From: Hellea sp.
GTDB taxonomy: Bacteria > Pseudomonadota > Alphaproteobacteria > Caulobacterales > Maricaulaceae
Direction: 5' to 3'
DNA length: 64,000 nt
Assembly (NCBI GenBank): GCA_042093735.1
Contig: JBELEM010000004.1
Location: 12,407-76,406, forward strand
The translations under genes were made by a program, and so were the position numbers. Positions 41,488 through 52,045 of this stretch are shown in pieces. The notes under the pieces are model-generated. The model was not told the DNA's origin and did no database searches. It saw nothing but the letters and a program-made list of their open reading frames with translations. Positions within the stretch are counted from its first letter, which is position 1; the number at the start of each line of letters is the position of its first letter.

Positions 41488-42789
41488 ATGATTGCTTACA
41501 ACAAAAATTTAAACCCTATTTTACTTACTAGTACACTCAGTATCGTAATTTTAGCTACGTTGTCTAGTTCACCAATTTGGCTCACTTTAATCATAATCTT
41601 ATTTCACATATTTATGATATTATGCATTGAAGGTGTGAGGAACAAAAAAAGTATAAACCTAGCAATAAATGGAAAAAGCACTTCAACCATTAATACCCTA
41701 GCAGATATTATGGATAACGTCAGCTATGGGACTATCATAATTGATAAAAATCAAAATATTAAATATGCAAATAAATCTGCCAATGAAATATTTGGGAACC
41801 GGATTAACAATAAGCAGTTATCTATTTTTATAAAAGAGCCAAATATAAAATCTTGGATAGAAAAGTCTTTGAATGAAGGCCTCTCAAGCCCTATCACTTA
41901 CTCAATAGATAAACCAATTAATAGGCGTATTAAATTACTATTCTCGCCACTTCCGGTGAATAGCAAATCAGGTGAAGAAAATTCAGCGATAATTTTTCTA
42001 AACGATATTACTGAATATATACTCATGCAAAGTCAGCGTACAGATTTTTTAGCAAATGCATCACATGAACTCAAAACACCCGTTGCTTCACTTCTAGGGT
42101 ATATCGAGACATTAAAGGGTCATGCAAAACATGACGGGAAAGCTCGTGAAAAATTTTTAGGAATTATGCATGTCCAAGCAGAAAGAATGCAACACTTAAT
42201 TAATGATTTACTTATTTTGTTAAGAATTGAGCAAATAGAACATATTATACCAGAAGAGTCGGTTGATTTGTCTCATGCAGTAGAAACCGCTCTTGAAGCC
42301 CTAAATCCACTGGCAATGAAACGAAATATTAGCATTAACTTTTCATCAAATGGTCCAAACATCGTAAAAGCAAATAGCGACGAGCTAGTCCAAGTAGTGT
42401 TAAACTTAGTTGATAATGCGCTAAAAATTTCAGAACAAAACACACAAATAAATATATCTATAGACCGCAATGAAAAGCATAAATCTTGTGCAGGGTCAGA
42501 CACAAATGACGGTAACAAAAGAGTAATAGTAGAAATCAGTGAACCGGATAACACTTATTATTGCTTAAAAATTAAAGATAATGGACCAGGGTTTGCAAAA
42601 GATCACATTCCTAGAATTGGAGAAAGGTTTTACAGAATCGCTGGTGACCTAGGCTCAAACGAGAAGGGCACGGGTCTTGGTCTAGCAATTGTAAAACACA
42701 TAATCATGCGCCATCGTGGAGGATTAGAACTCCAAACAGTACAGGGTGTCGGTTCAGAGTTTTGCATATTACTACCGGCTGCTAAATAA
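41488..42789 (+). CDS. phoR: Phosphate regulon sensor histidine kinase
   Basis: PAS-like region, DFLANASHELKTP..GYIETL, HIPRIGERFYR and GTGLGLAIVKH; directly upstream of phoB. Confidence 0.9.
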   Translation: MIAYNKNLNPILLTSTLSIVILATLSSSPIWLTLIIILFHIFMILCIEGVRNKKSINLAINGKSTSTINTLADIMDNVSYGTIIIDKNQNIKYANKSANEIFGNRINNKQLSIFIKEPNIKSWIEKSLNEGLSSPITYSIDKPINRRIKLLFSPLPVNSKSGEENSAIIFLNDITEYILMQSQRTDFLANASHELKTPVASLLGYIETLKGHAKHDGKAREKFLGIMHVQAERMQHLINDLLILLRIEQIEHIIPEESVDLSHAVETALEALNPLAMKRNISINFSSNGPNIVKANSDELVQVVLNLVDNALKISEQNTQINISIDRNEKHKSCAGSDTNDGNKRVIVEISEPDNTYYCLKIKDNGPGFAKDHIPRIGERFYRIAGDLGSNEKGTGLGLAIVKHIIMRHRGGLELQTVQGVGSEFCILLPAAK

Positions 42790-42797
42790 AAAATTCT

Positions 42798-42815
42798 TAT
42801 TCATTAAACTGTCAT
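42798..42815 (+). promoter_or_regulatory. Pho box upstream of phoB
   Basis: TATTCAT-TAAA-CTGTCAT: two 7-mers at 11-bp periodicity, the second matching the CTGTCAT consensus exactly. Confidence 0.55.
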
Positions 42816-42888
42816 ATTTGAGATGTAACATAGACCATAAACTAAAATTCTTAAATTAATTAATTTATGGAAGACTTAAGAGAGCAAA

Positions 42889-43578
42889 ATGAAACCCTAC
42901 GTATTAGTCGTTGAAGATGAGGATTCACTCAGTACTCTTTTGCAATACAATTTTGAAAAAGAAGGTTTTGAGGTAGGTGTAGCCAATGACGGGGAACAAG
43001 CCCTTATTATGATAGAAGAGCGAACTCCCGATGTATTATTGCTAGATTGGATGCTACCAAAACTATCAGGAATAGAAGTTTGTCGTTCATTGAGAAGAAG
43101 TAAAGAAAAAAAGAAAATTCCCATAATTATGTTGACTGCAAGGGGTGATGAAACGGATAGAATAACAGGGCTAGACTATGGAGCTGACGATTACGTTCTC
43201 AAACCTTTCTCTCTGCCTTTACTATTCGCCAGAACGCGAGCTTTGCTCAGAAGAACAAACCCCTCCATAGTTGAGGAGACCATACACATGGGTAATATTG
43301 AAATTGATACGAAGGCACTGAGAGTCAGTATTAATAAAAAACAAGTTCACCTAGGACCTACTGAATTTAGGTTACTTGAACACTTTATGAGTAATCCTGG
43401 TAGAGTCTATTCTCGCGAGCAATTACTCGATGCAGTATGGGGTCGAAATATATTTGTAGAAGCACGAACAGTCGATGTTCATATTGGAAGACTGAGAAAA
43501 ATACTTAATGAAAACGGGGCCAATAATCCTATAAGAACTGTGAGATCTGCTGGGTATTCATTTGAAATAGGTGAATAA
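42889..43578 (+). CDS. phoB: Phosphate regulon response regulator
   Basis: Motifs LLDWMLP, LGPTEFRLL, RTVDVHIGRLRK and RTVRSAGY. Confidence 0.95.
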   Translation: MKPYVLVVEDEDSLSTLLQYNFEKEGFEVGVANDGEQALIMIEERTPDVLLLDWMLPKLSGIEVCRSLRRSKEKKKIPIIMLTARGDETDRITGLDYGADDYVLKPFSLPLLFARTRALLRRTNPSIVEETIHMGNIEIDTKALRVSINKKQVHLGPTEFRLLEHFMSNPGRVYSREQLLDAVWGRNIFVEARTVDVHIGRLRKILNENGANNPIRTVRSAGYSFEIGE

Positions 43579-43720
43579 AATTATTTTTCTTACTAATTTG
43601 TAATAAAATTACATTTGAATTTCACAGCAAACTATATTTTAATAGGACTGGAAAAAATTGTTTTTTGTTATCAATAACGTTAAAATATATCTGCATCAGA
43701 TATAAACCACTGAGTTAAAA

Positions 43721-44164
43721 ATGAAAAAAATTATATCATTATTTACTGCAATATCACTAACCTCATGTGCAACGGCTTCTTTTGATATTTCATCTTATTC
43801 CCCAGTAATGGATGTCAGAGAAGGTGAATATGAAGTTCATTCAAGGGATTTAAAGGAATGTCGTTATTTAGGCATGAAAGCGCGTGATCAGTATAAAAAA
43901 CAGCGCGAAAAAGAAAAGAATAAAGCATTAGGTAATGCAGTTGTTGGCGCCTTATTGGGTGCTACTTTAGGTGCTGTAATTGATGGTGGTGACGGCGCGG
44001 CAGATGGTGCGGTTATTGGAGGAGCAGTTGGCGTAGCATCAGGAGCTGAACAAGTAGATTTCACTCGACGATTCGTAAAACTTGGGCCAGCAGGAATTGT
44101 TGATGAATGTATGTCAGAACGTGGATGGTCTGTCTTGAGTTCCAAGGGTATGGGCGGCGGCTAA
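43721..44164 (+). CDS. Glycine-zipper lipoprotein
   Basis: Lipobox LTSC, GxxxG repeats and a cysteine pair (ECRYL...ECMSERGW). Confidence 0.75.
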   Translation: MKKIISLFTAISLTSCATASFDISSYSPVMDVREGEYEVHSRDLKECRYLGMKARDQYKKQREKEKNKALGNAVVGALLGATLGAVIDGGDGAADGAVIGGAVGVASGAEQVDFTRRFVKLGPAGIVDECMSERGWSVLSSKGMGGG

Positions 44165-44362
44165 TAAAAGAATGATAGTAACATAAACCATATTCACACA
44201 TTGATATAAAGACATATCATTTTAAAAGATCAAATTAATTAACAGGCGCAAAAATAATCTCTGTATATTAAGCTTGAAACCCAAATCAGTTTACGCTACT
44301 AGGCCGTCAATCAACAGGTAGTTTATCTACTTTATCTTTTTATTATTCAAATGGAGGCCCTG

Positions 44363-44542
44363 ATGGCTGTCCCTAAAAGTAAAATCTCGAATTCACGCCG
44401 CGGAATGCGTCGCGCTCACGATAAACTGGCTGCAGTTAACTATGTAGAAGACAAAGAAAGCGGAGAGTTACGCCGCCAACATCACATAGACCTTAAATCA
44501 GGTATGTATAGAGGTCGGCAAGTTATAGCCTCCAAAGATTAG
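44363..44542 (+). CDS. rpmF: 50S ribosomal protein L32
   Basis: [19 protein letters not shown]...GMYRGRQV; GGAGG RBS precedes ATG 44363. Confidence 0.97.
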   Translation: MAVPKSKISNSRRGMRRAHDKLAAVNYVEDKESGELRRQHHIDLKSGMYRGRQVIASKD

Positions 44543-44571
44543 CACTCTTAAACTTATTAGGGTAATTTTAA

Positions 44572-45849
<1,278 letters not shown>

Positions 45850-45902
45850 TAAAAGTTAAGACATTAACCGATTGCTAACTATACTAAGTTCATAACCATA
45901 AT

Positions 45903-46211
45903 ATGAAACGTCTTGAAAGTATAAAAAATAAGTGGCCACTAATCTCACTTTTAGTATTATATATGTATCTGATATTCCATGCAGTTTCAGGGTCTGAAGG
46001 CATTATAGGCTACTTGGAGCATGAAAAAAAAATTGCGTTCAAAGAAAAAACTTTACTTGAGCTGTCAGAAGATCGCAAAAAGTTAGAAAAACATGCACTA
46101 AGTTTAAATTCGTCTGCATTAGACCTCGATAAGTTAGATATAAAGGCGCGACAGTTATTATTTGTTTCGGATCCGAATGAAAAGACGATTTGGCTTGACC
46201 GTAGACAATAA
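45903..46211 (+). CDS. ftsB: Septum formation initiator (FtsB/DivIC family)
   Basis: Single TM followed by a coiled coil; conserved eno-ftsB-pdhA synteny. Confidence 0.8.
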   Translation: MKRLESIKNKWPLISLLVLYMYLIFHAVSGSEGIIGYLEHEKKIAFKEKTLLELSEDRKKLEKHALSLNSSALDLDKLDIKARQLLFVSDPNEKTIWLDRRQ

Positions 46212-46274
46212 AATAGTCCATATCCCCCCATGTAAAAGTAATCAAATATAATTTTATTTCGTATACGTAATAAT

Positions 46275-47288
46275 TTGGGAAATGATGTGAATAAAAGAAA
46301 TAATAAAAAAGTTAATCCTCTTAAGACTTCAAAAGATGAACTTCTAAGTCTTTATAAGGATATGCTACTCATCCGCAGATTTGAAGAAAAAGCAGGTCAA
46401 CTATATGGTATGGGTCAAATAGCAGGATTTTGTCATTTATATATTGGTCAAGAAGCCGTTGTTGTAGGAACGCGAGCTAGCATGGTTGACGGTGATCAAA
46501 TGATAACAGGTTATCGAGATCATGGGCACATGCTCGCCTGCGGCATGGAATCCAGAGGCGTTATGGCTGAGCTAACTGGAAGAGCTGGTGGCTATTCTAG
46601 AGGAAAAGGAGGCTCTATGCACATGTTCTCAACAGAAAAGCACTTCTATGGTGGCCATGGCATAGTAGGGGCACAAGTCCCTATCGGAGCAGGGTTGGCA
46701 TTATCGAATAAATACAAAGGCAATGGAAACGTTAGCTTGGCATTTTTTGGAGATGGTGCTTCAAACCAAGGACAGGTATATGAAGCATTTAACATGGCAA
46801 AACTATGGAGCTTGCCAGTAGTTTTTGTTATTGAAAATAACCAATATGCCATGGGAACATCAGTAATTAGGTCATCTGCAGAAACAGAATTACATAAACG
46901 TGGTTCTAGTTTTGAGATCAAAGGCATTCAGGTTGACGGCATGAACGTTCTGGAAGTTAGAGATGCAGCTAAAAAAGCTATTAAGCATGCAAGAGACGGC
47001 AAAGGTCCTATGATATTGGAAATGAAAACTTATAGATATCGCGGCCATTCAATGTCAGATCCCGCAAAGTATCGAACACGTGACGAGGTTACAAAAACCC
47101 GAAGTGAAAGAGACCCAATTGATATGGTAAAGAATAGATTAATTGAAGAGGGGTGGGCAACGGATGATACACTCAAATCAATTGATAAAGAGATTAAGTT
47201 AGTAGTGGCTGATGCCGCAGAATTTGCACAGACATCGCCAGAACCAGATGCTTCTGAACTTTATACAGATGTTCTACTAGATGCTTAA
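46275..47288 (+). CDS. pdhA: Pyruvate dehydrogenase E1 alpha
   Basis: Motifs GFCHLYIGQEA, GDGASNQGQ and YRYRGHSMSDP. Confidence 0.97.
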   Translation: MGNDVNKRNNKKVNPLKTSKDELLSLYKDMLLIRRFEEKAGQLYGMGQIAGFCHLYIGQEAVVVGTRASMVDGDQMITGYRDHGHMLACGMESRGVMAELTGRAGGYSRGKGGSMHMFSTEKHFYGGHGIVGAQVPIGAGLALSNKYKGNGNVSLAFFGDGASNQGQVYEAFNMAKLWSLPVVFVIENNQYAMGTSVIRSSAETELHKRGSSFEIKGIQVDGMNVLEVRDAAKKAIKHARDGKGPMILEMKTYRYRGHSMSDPAKYRTRDEVTKTRSERDPIDMVKNRLIEEGWATDDTLKSIDKEIKLVVADAAEFAQTSPEPDASELYTDVLLDA

Positions 47289-47323
47289 TTAAAAGTTAAA
47301 CACAATTTAAAAAGGAGAATATT

Positions 47324-47725
47324 ATGCCTATTGAACTAAAATATTTATTATGGAGCATAGCCTTATTTTTTATAATGATTTTGGCGCAATCATTATCATC
47401 AATCTTTTCAGGAAAAGCTTCCGTTTCTGAGTTAGTTGGCCATAGGGACAATTTACCTAAAGAAGGCCTTACCAAGTTACATGGAAGAACAAAACGTGCG
47501 CAGGCAAATTTTATCGAAAGCCTTATAATGTTTGCACCTTTGGTCTTGATAACTATTATCACGGAAAGCTCCACAGAACTAACTGCTTTAGGAGCTGCTT
47601 TATTCTTCTGGGGTAGGTTAGCATTCACTCCATGCTATTGGCTAGGCGTATCTTGGTTTAGGACTATAGCTTGGTTTGTATCTATCATTGGGATGCTAAT
47701 GATCTTTCTGGAGCTAATCAACTAA
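47324..47725 (+). CDS. MAPEG family membrane protein
   Basis: Pattern GHRD...[12 protein letters not shown]...FFWGRL...RTIAW. Confidence 0.8.
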   Translation: MPIELKYLLWSIALFFIMILAQSLSSIFSGKASVSELVGHRDNLPKEGLTKLHGRTKRAQANFIESLIMFAPLVLITIITESSTELTALGAALFFWGRLAFTPCYWLGVSWFRTIAWFVSIIGMLMIFLELIN

Positions 47726-49092
47726 TGGCAATCGATATAAAAATGCCAGCCCTTTCTCCCACTATGGAGGAAGGGACACTCAGCAAGTGGATCGTAAAAG
47801 AAGGTGATACTGTCACCTCTGGTGATATACTGGCTGAAATTGAAACAGATAAAGCAACTATGGAAGTTGAGAGTATAGATGAAGGTATTGTAGGTAAGAT
47901 TACTATACCCGAAGGAACTGAAAACGTTAAAGTAGGAACAGTCATTGTTCAACTATTAGAAAGTGGCGAAAAAGTAAATGATCTTAAGAAGCCTCATGAC
48001 AAACCGATCACCCCTCCCGGAAATTACGAACAAAATCAGACTGCTAAAAAAACCATCCCTTCAAGAGAAGGGCTAGATGAAAAACGAGATTCAGGCTCCC
48101 GTGTTACGCATACTGAAATTACTGTAAGAGATGCATTGCGAGATGCAATGGCAGAAGAAATGAGGCGTGATGAGAATGTCTTCATAATGGGAGAGGAAGT
48201 AGCAGAGTATCAGGGTGCCTATAAGGTTACGCGTGAATTACTTCAAGAGTTTGGAGAGAAAAGAGTTATAGATACGCCCATAACTGAATACGGATTTGCG
48301 GGAATTGGAGTGGGTGCGGCAATGGGGGGTCTAAAACCTATTGTTGAATTTATGACCTTCAATTTCGCAATGCAAGCGATTGACCATATTATAAATTCAG
48401 CAGCTAAAACTCTTTATATGTCTGGCGGACAAATGCGCTGCCCAATAGTTTTTCGAGGGCCCAATGGTGCTGCATCTCGTGTTGGAGCCCAGCATAGTCA
48501 TGATTACTCTAGTTGGTACGCTAACGTCCCAGGTTTAAAAGTGGTTGCACCCTATGATGCGGAAGATGCAAAAGGTTTACTTAAGGCAGCAATTCGTGAC
48601 CCCAATCCCGTTGTGTTTCTGGAACATGAACTTCTGTACGGAGAAATATTTCAAATACCTGATGTCGATGACCTTATTGTACCCATTGGTAAAGCTAAAG
48701 TTAGACGAAAAGGTTCAGATGTAACACTTGTGGCGCATAGCAGAATGGTTGGCAGGTGTCTTGAAGCAGCAAATCTACTTATAAATGAAGGCATTGATTG
48801 TGAAGTAGTGGATTTAAGAACTATCCGTCCACTAGATAGTAAAACAGTTATAGAAAGTGTTAAAAAAACAAATAGGCTTGTTTGTGCTGAAGAAGGCTGG
48901 GGACAGAGTGGCATTGGTGCTGAAATTGTTTCACGGGTTACCAAAGAGGCCTTTGATTTTCTAGATGCCCCTCCCGAAAGAGTTTTTCAGGTGGACGTTC
49001 CTTTGCCGTATGCTGCAAACCTCGAAGCCCTGAGCCTTCCTGGTTCCTCAGATATTATAAAAGCAGCAAAAAAAGTTTGCTATAAAAATTAA
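47725..49092 (+). CDS. pdhB: Pyruvate dehydrogenase E1 beta with N-terminal lipoyl domain
   Basis: [11 protein letters not shown]...ETDKA lipoyl domain, [12 protein letters not shown] and DTPITE. ATG 47725 overlaps the MAPEG stop (TAATG). Confidence 0.96.
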   Translation: MAIDIKMPALSPTMEEGTLSKWIVKEGDTVTSGDILAEIETDKATMEVESIDEGIVGKITIPEGTENVKVGTVIVQLLESGEKVNDLKKPHDKPITPPGNYEQNQTAKKTIPSREGLDEKRDSGSRVTHTEITVRDALRDAMAEEMRRDENVFIMGEEVAEYQGAYKVTRELLQEFGEKRVIDTPITEYGFAGIGVGAAMGGLKPIVEFMTFNFAMQAIDHIINSAAKTLYMSGGQMRCPIVFRGPNGAASRVGAQHSHDYSSWYANVPGLKVVAPYDAEDAKGLLKAAIRDPNPVVFLEHELLYGEIFQIPDVDDLIVPIGKAKVRRKGSDVTLVAHSRMVGRCLEAANLLINEGIDCEVVDLRTIRPLDSKTVIESVKKTNRLVCAEEGWGQSGIGAEIVSRVTKEAFDFLDAPPERVFQVDVPLPYAANLEALSLPGSSDIIKAAKKVCYKN

Positions 49093-49101
49093 AGGTTAAA
49101 T

Positions 49102-50418
49102 ATGCCGATTGAAATTCTCATGCCTGCACTCTCACCCACAATGGAAGAAGGAACACTTTCTAAGTGGTTAGTAAAAGAGGGAGATCAGGTTAACTCAGGT
49201 GACCTTCTAGCTGAAATAGAAACAGATAAAGCTACAATGGAAATTGAGGCAGTAGAGGAAGGCACAATAGTAAAACTACTAGTACCTGAAGGGAACTCTA
49301 ATGTTAAGGTTAATAAGCCAATTGCAATATTACTTGAAGAAGGTGAAGACATAAGTTCACTAAATAATTATACGGATACTACCAACCAGACACCCAACAA
49401 TAATGCCACAGAGAAAAGTGGGGAAGCAACCATCGGTGATTTAGGCGCTCAAAAAGAAAAAATAATTGAACAACCAGAAAGAATAAAGTCATCGCCACTA
49501 GCTCGTCGTCTTTCAAAAAAATTAAATATAGATTTAAATCAAATTTCTGGTTCTGGGCCTAACGGTAGAATTATAAAAATAGATATTGAAAACTATATAA
49601 AAGACTCAAAGTCAAATATCGCTCCGACGCAACTGGATCAGCCAGACTTTACCACAAATTCTGACTCAAAGGAAATAGGGGCGCTTAGATATGGGGGTGC
49701 TGAACAGCTAACTAAATTAGGAATAGAAACGGGGTCCTATAACCTAATACCTCTAAATAATATCCAAAAAGTTATATCTAAACGATTAGTTGATTCATCT
49801 CAAAATGTACCTAGTTTTCCATTGACAATTGATTGTGAGATTGATGAATTACTTAGACTTAGAAAAGAGCTAAACCAACAAGCGGGTGAGTTTGTTAAAA
49901 TAAGTGTAAATGATATGCTCATAAGAGCTTCAGCGCTTTCATTGAAACACTGCCCAGAAGCTAACGCCAGCTATACACCGGATGGAATAGCAATACACAA
50001 ACATGCAGATATCGCAGTTGCAGTCTCAATCGAAAGCGGTTTAATAACTCCTATTATTCGACAAGCAGATAATAAAGGCTTATCACAAATTTCTACAGAA
50101 ATGAAAGACTTAGCCTCTCGAGCCAGAGAGCGTAAGCTCAAGCCAACTGAGTACCAAGGGGGAACATTTTCAATATCTAACCTTGGGATGATGGGAATTA
50201 AAGAGTTTGGTTCAATAATCAATGAACCGCATGGAATGATACTGTCCGTAGGCGAAGGTAATCAAAGACCAATAGTTCGTGAAGGGGCTTTAGATGTAGC
50301 GACCATTATGACAGTAACCTTAACATGTGATCATAGAGTAATAGATGGAGCTTTGGGGGCAAAGTGGTTGCAACACTTTAAGAGATACATTGAAAAACCA
50401 ATAACAATGATGCTTTAA
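49102..50418 (+). CDS. pdhC: PDH dihydrolipoamide acetyltransferase (E2)
   Basis: Lipoyl domain, SPLARR peripheral subunit-binding domain and DHRVIDG. Confidence 0.96.
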   Translation: MPIEILMPALSPTMEEGTLSKWLVKEGDQVNSGDLLAEIETDKATMEIEAVEEGTIVKLLVPEGNSNVKVNKPIAILLEEGEDISSLNNYTDTTNQTPNNNATEKSGEATIGDLGAQKEKIIEQPERIKSSPLARRLSKKLNIDLNQISGSGPNGRIIKIDIENYIKDSKSNIAPTQLDQPDFTTNSDSKEIGALRYGGAEQLTKLGIETGSYNLIPLNNIQKVISKRLVDSSQNVPSFPLTIDCEIDELLRLRKELNQQAGEFVKISVNDMLIRASALSLKHCPEANASYTPDGIAIHKHADIAVAVSIESGLITPIIRQADNKGLSQISTEMKDLASRARERKLKPTEYQGGTFSISNLGMMGIKEFGSIINEPHGMILSVGEGNQRPIVREGALDVATIMTVTLTCDHRVIDGALGAKWLQHFKRYIEKPITMML

Positions 50419-50464
50419 ACAAAAGCTTTCATATTAACTTAACATATAAAAAGTAGATCAAAAA

Positions 50465-51856
50465 ATGTCTGATACAAACTTTGACGTCATCATAATAGGA
50501 TCAGGTCCTGGTGGATATGTAACTGCCATCAGATCAAGTCAACTTGGTTTTAAAACAGCTATAATTGAAAAAGATAGTCTAGGCGGAGTTTGCTTGAACT
50601 GGGGCTGCATACCTACCAAAGCTCTCCTCAGATCAGCTGAAGTATATAGTAATATGAAGCACGCTGAGGACTATGGGTTATCGGCCTCACCACAATTTAA
50701 TCTAAAAAGTATAGTTCAAAGATCTCGAAATATTGCTAATCAGCTATCGGGAGGCATTAAGCATCTATTGAGCAAAAACAATGTAAAAATTATAGATGGT
50801 TTTGCATCTCTACAACCCGGAAAAGCAGCACCAGAAGTTCATGTTGAAGGAAAAATATACAATGCTAAGCATGTTATATTAGCAACAGGAGCAAGGGCTC
50901 GAACCATACCACAAGCTGGTTTAGAGCCAGACGGAAAGTATATATGGTCTGCAAAAGAGGCAATGATTCCTGACACTATGCCAAACAAACTTCTGGTTAT
51001 CGGCTCTGGTGCCATTGGTATGGAATTTGCTTCATTTTATAATGCTTTTGGCTCAAAAGTTACAGTAGTTGAAATGGAAGATAGAATTTTACCTGCAGAA
51101 GATGAAGAAATATCTGTATTGGCTAAAAAAGCATTCTCTAAACGTGGAATAGAAATTATAACAAACTCAAAAGCAACTTTAAAAGTTGTAGAAAATGGAG
51201 TTGAGGCAGTCCTCGAAAATATAAGTGAAAGTAATACAAAAACTTATGACAGAGTAATTCTTGCAATAGGTATTGTAGGAAACACTGAAAATATAGGACT
51301 TGAAAAATTGGGTGTTAAAGTTAATAAAAATCACATTTCTATTAATGAGTTTAGCCAAACTGGTATTAAAGGATTATACGCTATAGGTGATGTGACTACA
51401 CCTCCCTGGCTAGCTCATAAGGCATCCCATGAAGGCATAATATGCATTGAAAAAATAGCGGGCAGAAACCCAGAGCCTCTTAATCCTATATCTATTCCTG
51501 GCTGCACTTATTGCCACCCCCAGATTGCATCCGTGGGTTATACAGAAAAACAAGCAATAAAAGCAGGCTTCACTATAAAAGTCGGCAAGTTTCCGTTTGT
51601 AGGTAATGGTAAAGCAATAGCTTTGGGAGAGCCTGAGGGTTTAATAAAGACTATTTTCGATGAAGAAACAGGCGAGTTACTAGGGGCACATATGATTGGA
51701 GCTGAAGTCACTGAACTTATTCAAGGCTATACAATTGCTCAGAAACTAGAAACAACAGAGCATGAGTTAATGGAAACAGTTTTCCCCCATCCCACTTTAT
51801 CTGAGATGATGCATGAGGCTGTATTAGATGCATATAATAGAACAATACACTTTTAA
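50465..51856 (+). CDS. lpdA: Dihydrolipoamide dehydrogenase (PDH-linked)
   Basis: Motifs GGVCLNWGCIPTK and HPTLSE. Confidence 0.96.
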   Translation: MSDTNFDVIIIGSGPGGYVTAIRSSQLGFKTAIIEKDSLGGVCLNWGCIPTKALLRSAEVYSNMKHAEDYGLSASPQFNLKSIVQRSRNIANQLSGGIKHLLSKNNVKIIDGFASLQPGKAAPEVHVEGKIYNAKHVILATGARARTIPQAGLEPDGKYIWSAKEAMIPDTMPNKLLVIGSGAIGMEFASFYNAFGSKVTVVEMEDRILPAEDEEISVLAKKAFSKRGIEIITNSKATLKVVENGVEAVLENISESNTKTYDRVILAIGIVGNTENIGLEKLGVKVNKNHISINEFSQTGIKGLYAIGDVTTPPWLAHKASHEGIICIEKIAGRNPEPLNPISIPGCTYCHPQIASVGYTEKQAIKAGFTIKVGKFPFVGNGKAIALGEPEGLIKTIFDEETGELLGAHMIGAEVTELIQGYTIAQKLETTEHELMETVFPHPTLSEMMHEAVLDAYNRTIHF

Positions 51857-51928
51857 CTTATATTGTTTACTCATTTTTAGTCCTCTTAACGGCACTGTTT
51901 AAGAGGTTGTCAACTTCATTTATTTTAA

Positions 51929-51947
51929 AATGAGAAGTTTTCTCAAT
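51929..51947. promoter_or_regulatory. Fur-box-like palindrome
   Basis: AATGAGAAGTTTTCTCAAT resembles the 7-1-7 Fur box variant TGAGAATnATTCTCA at 12 of 14 positions. Confidence 0.35.
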
Positions 51948-52045
51948 ATGAGATGCTGACAATGTGAATGTTACTATTAGTTATACTGTGAAAAGCTTAT
52001 AATCTTATGAATACTCAAACATATTAACTTTCCGATTAATAAAAA

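Noticed and set aside
47725-49350. Near-duplicate sequence at the pdhB and pdhC 5' ends
   Set aside because: These are homologous lipoyl domains, normal for alphaproteobacterial PDH, not a mobile repeat.
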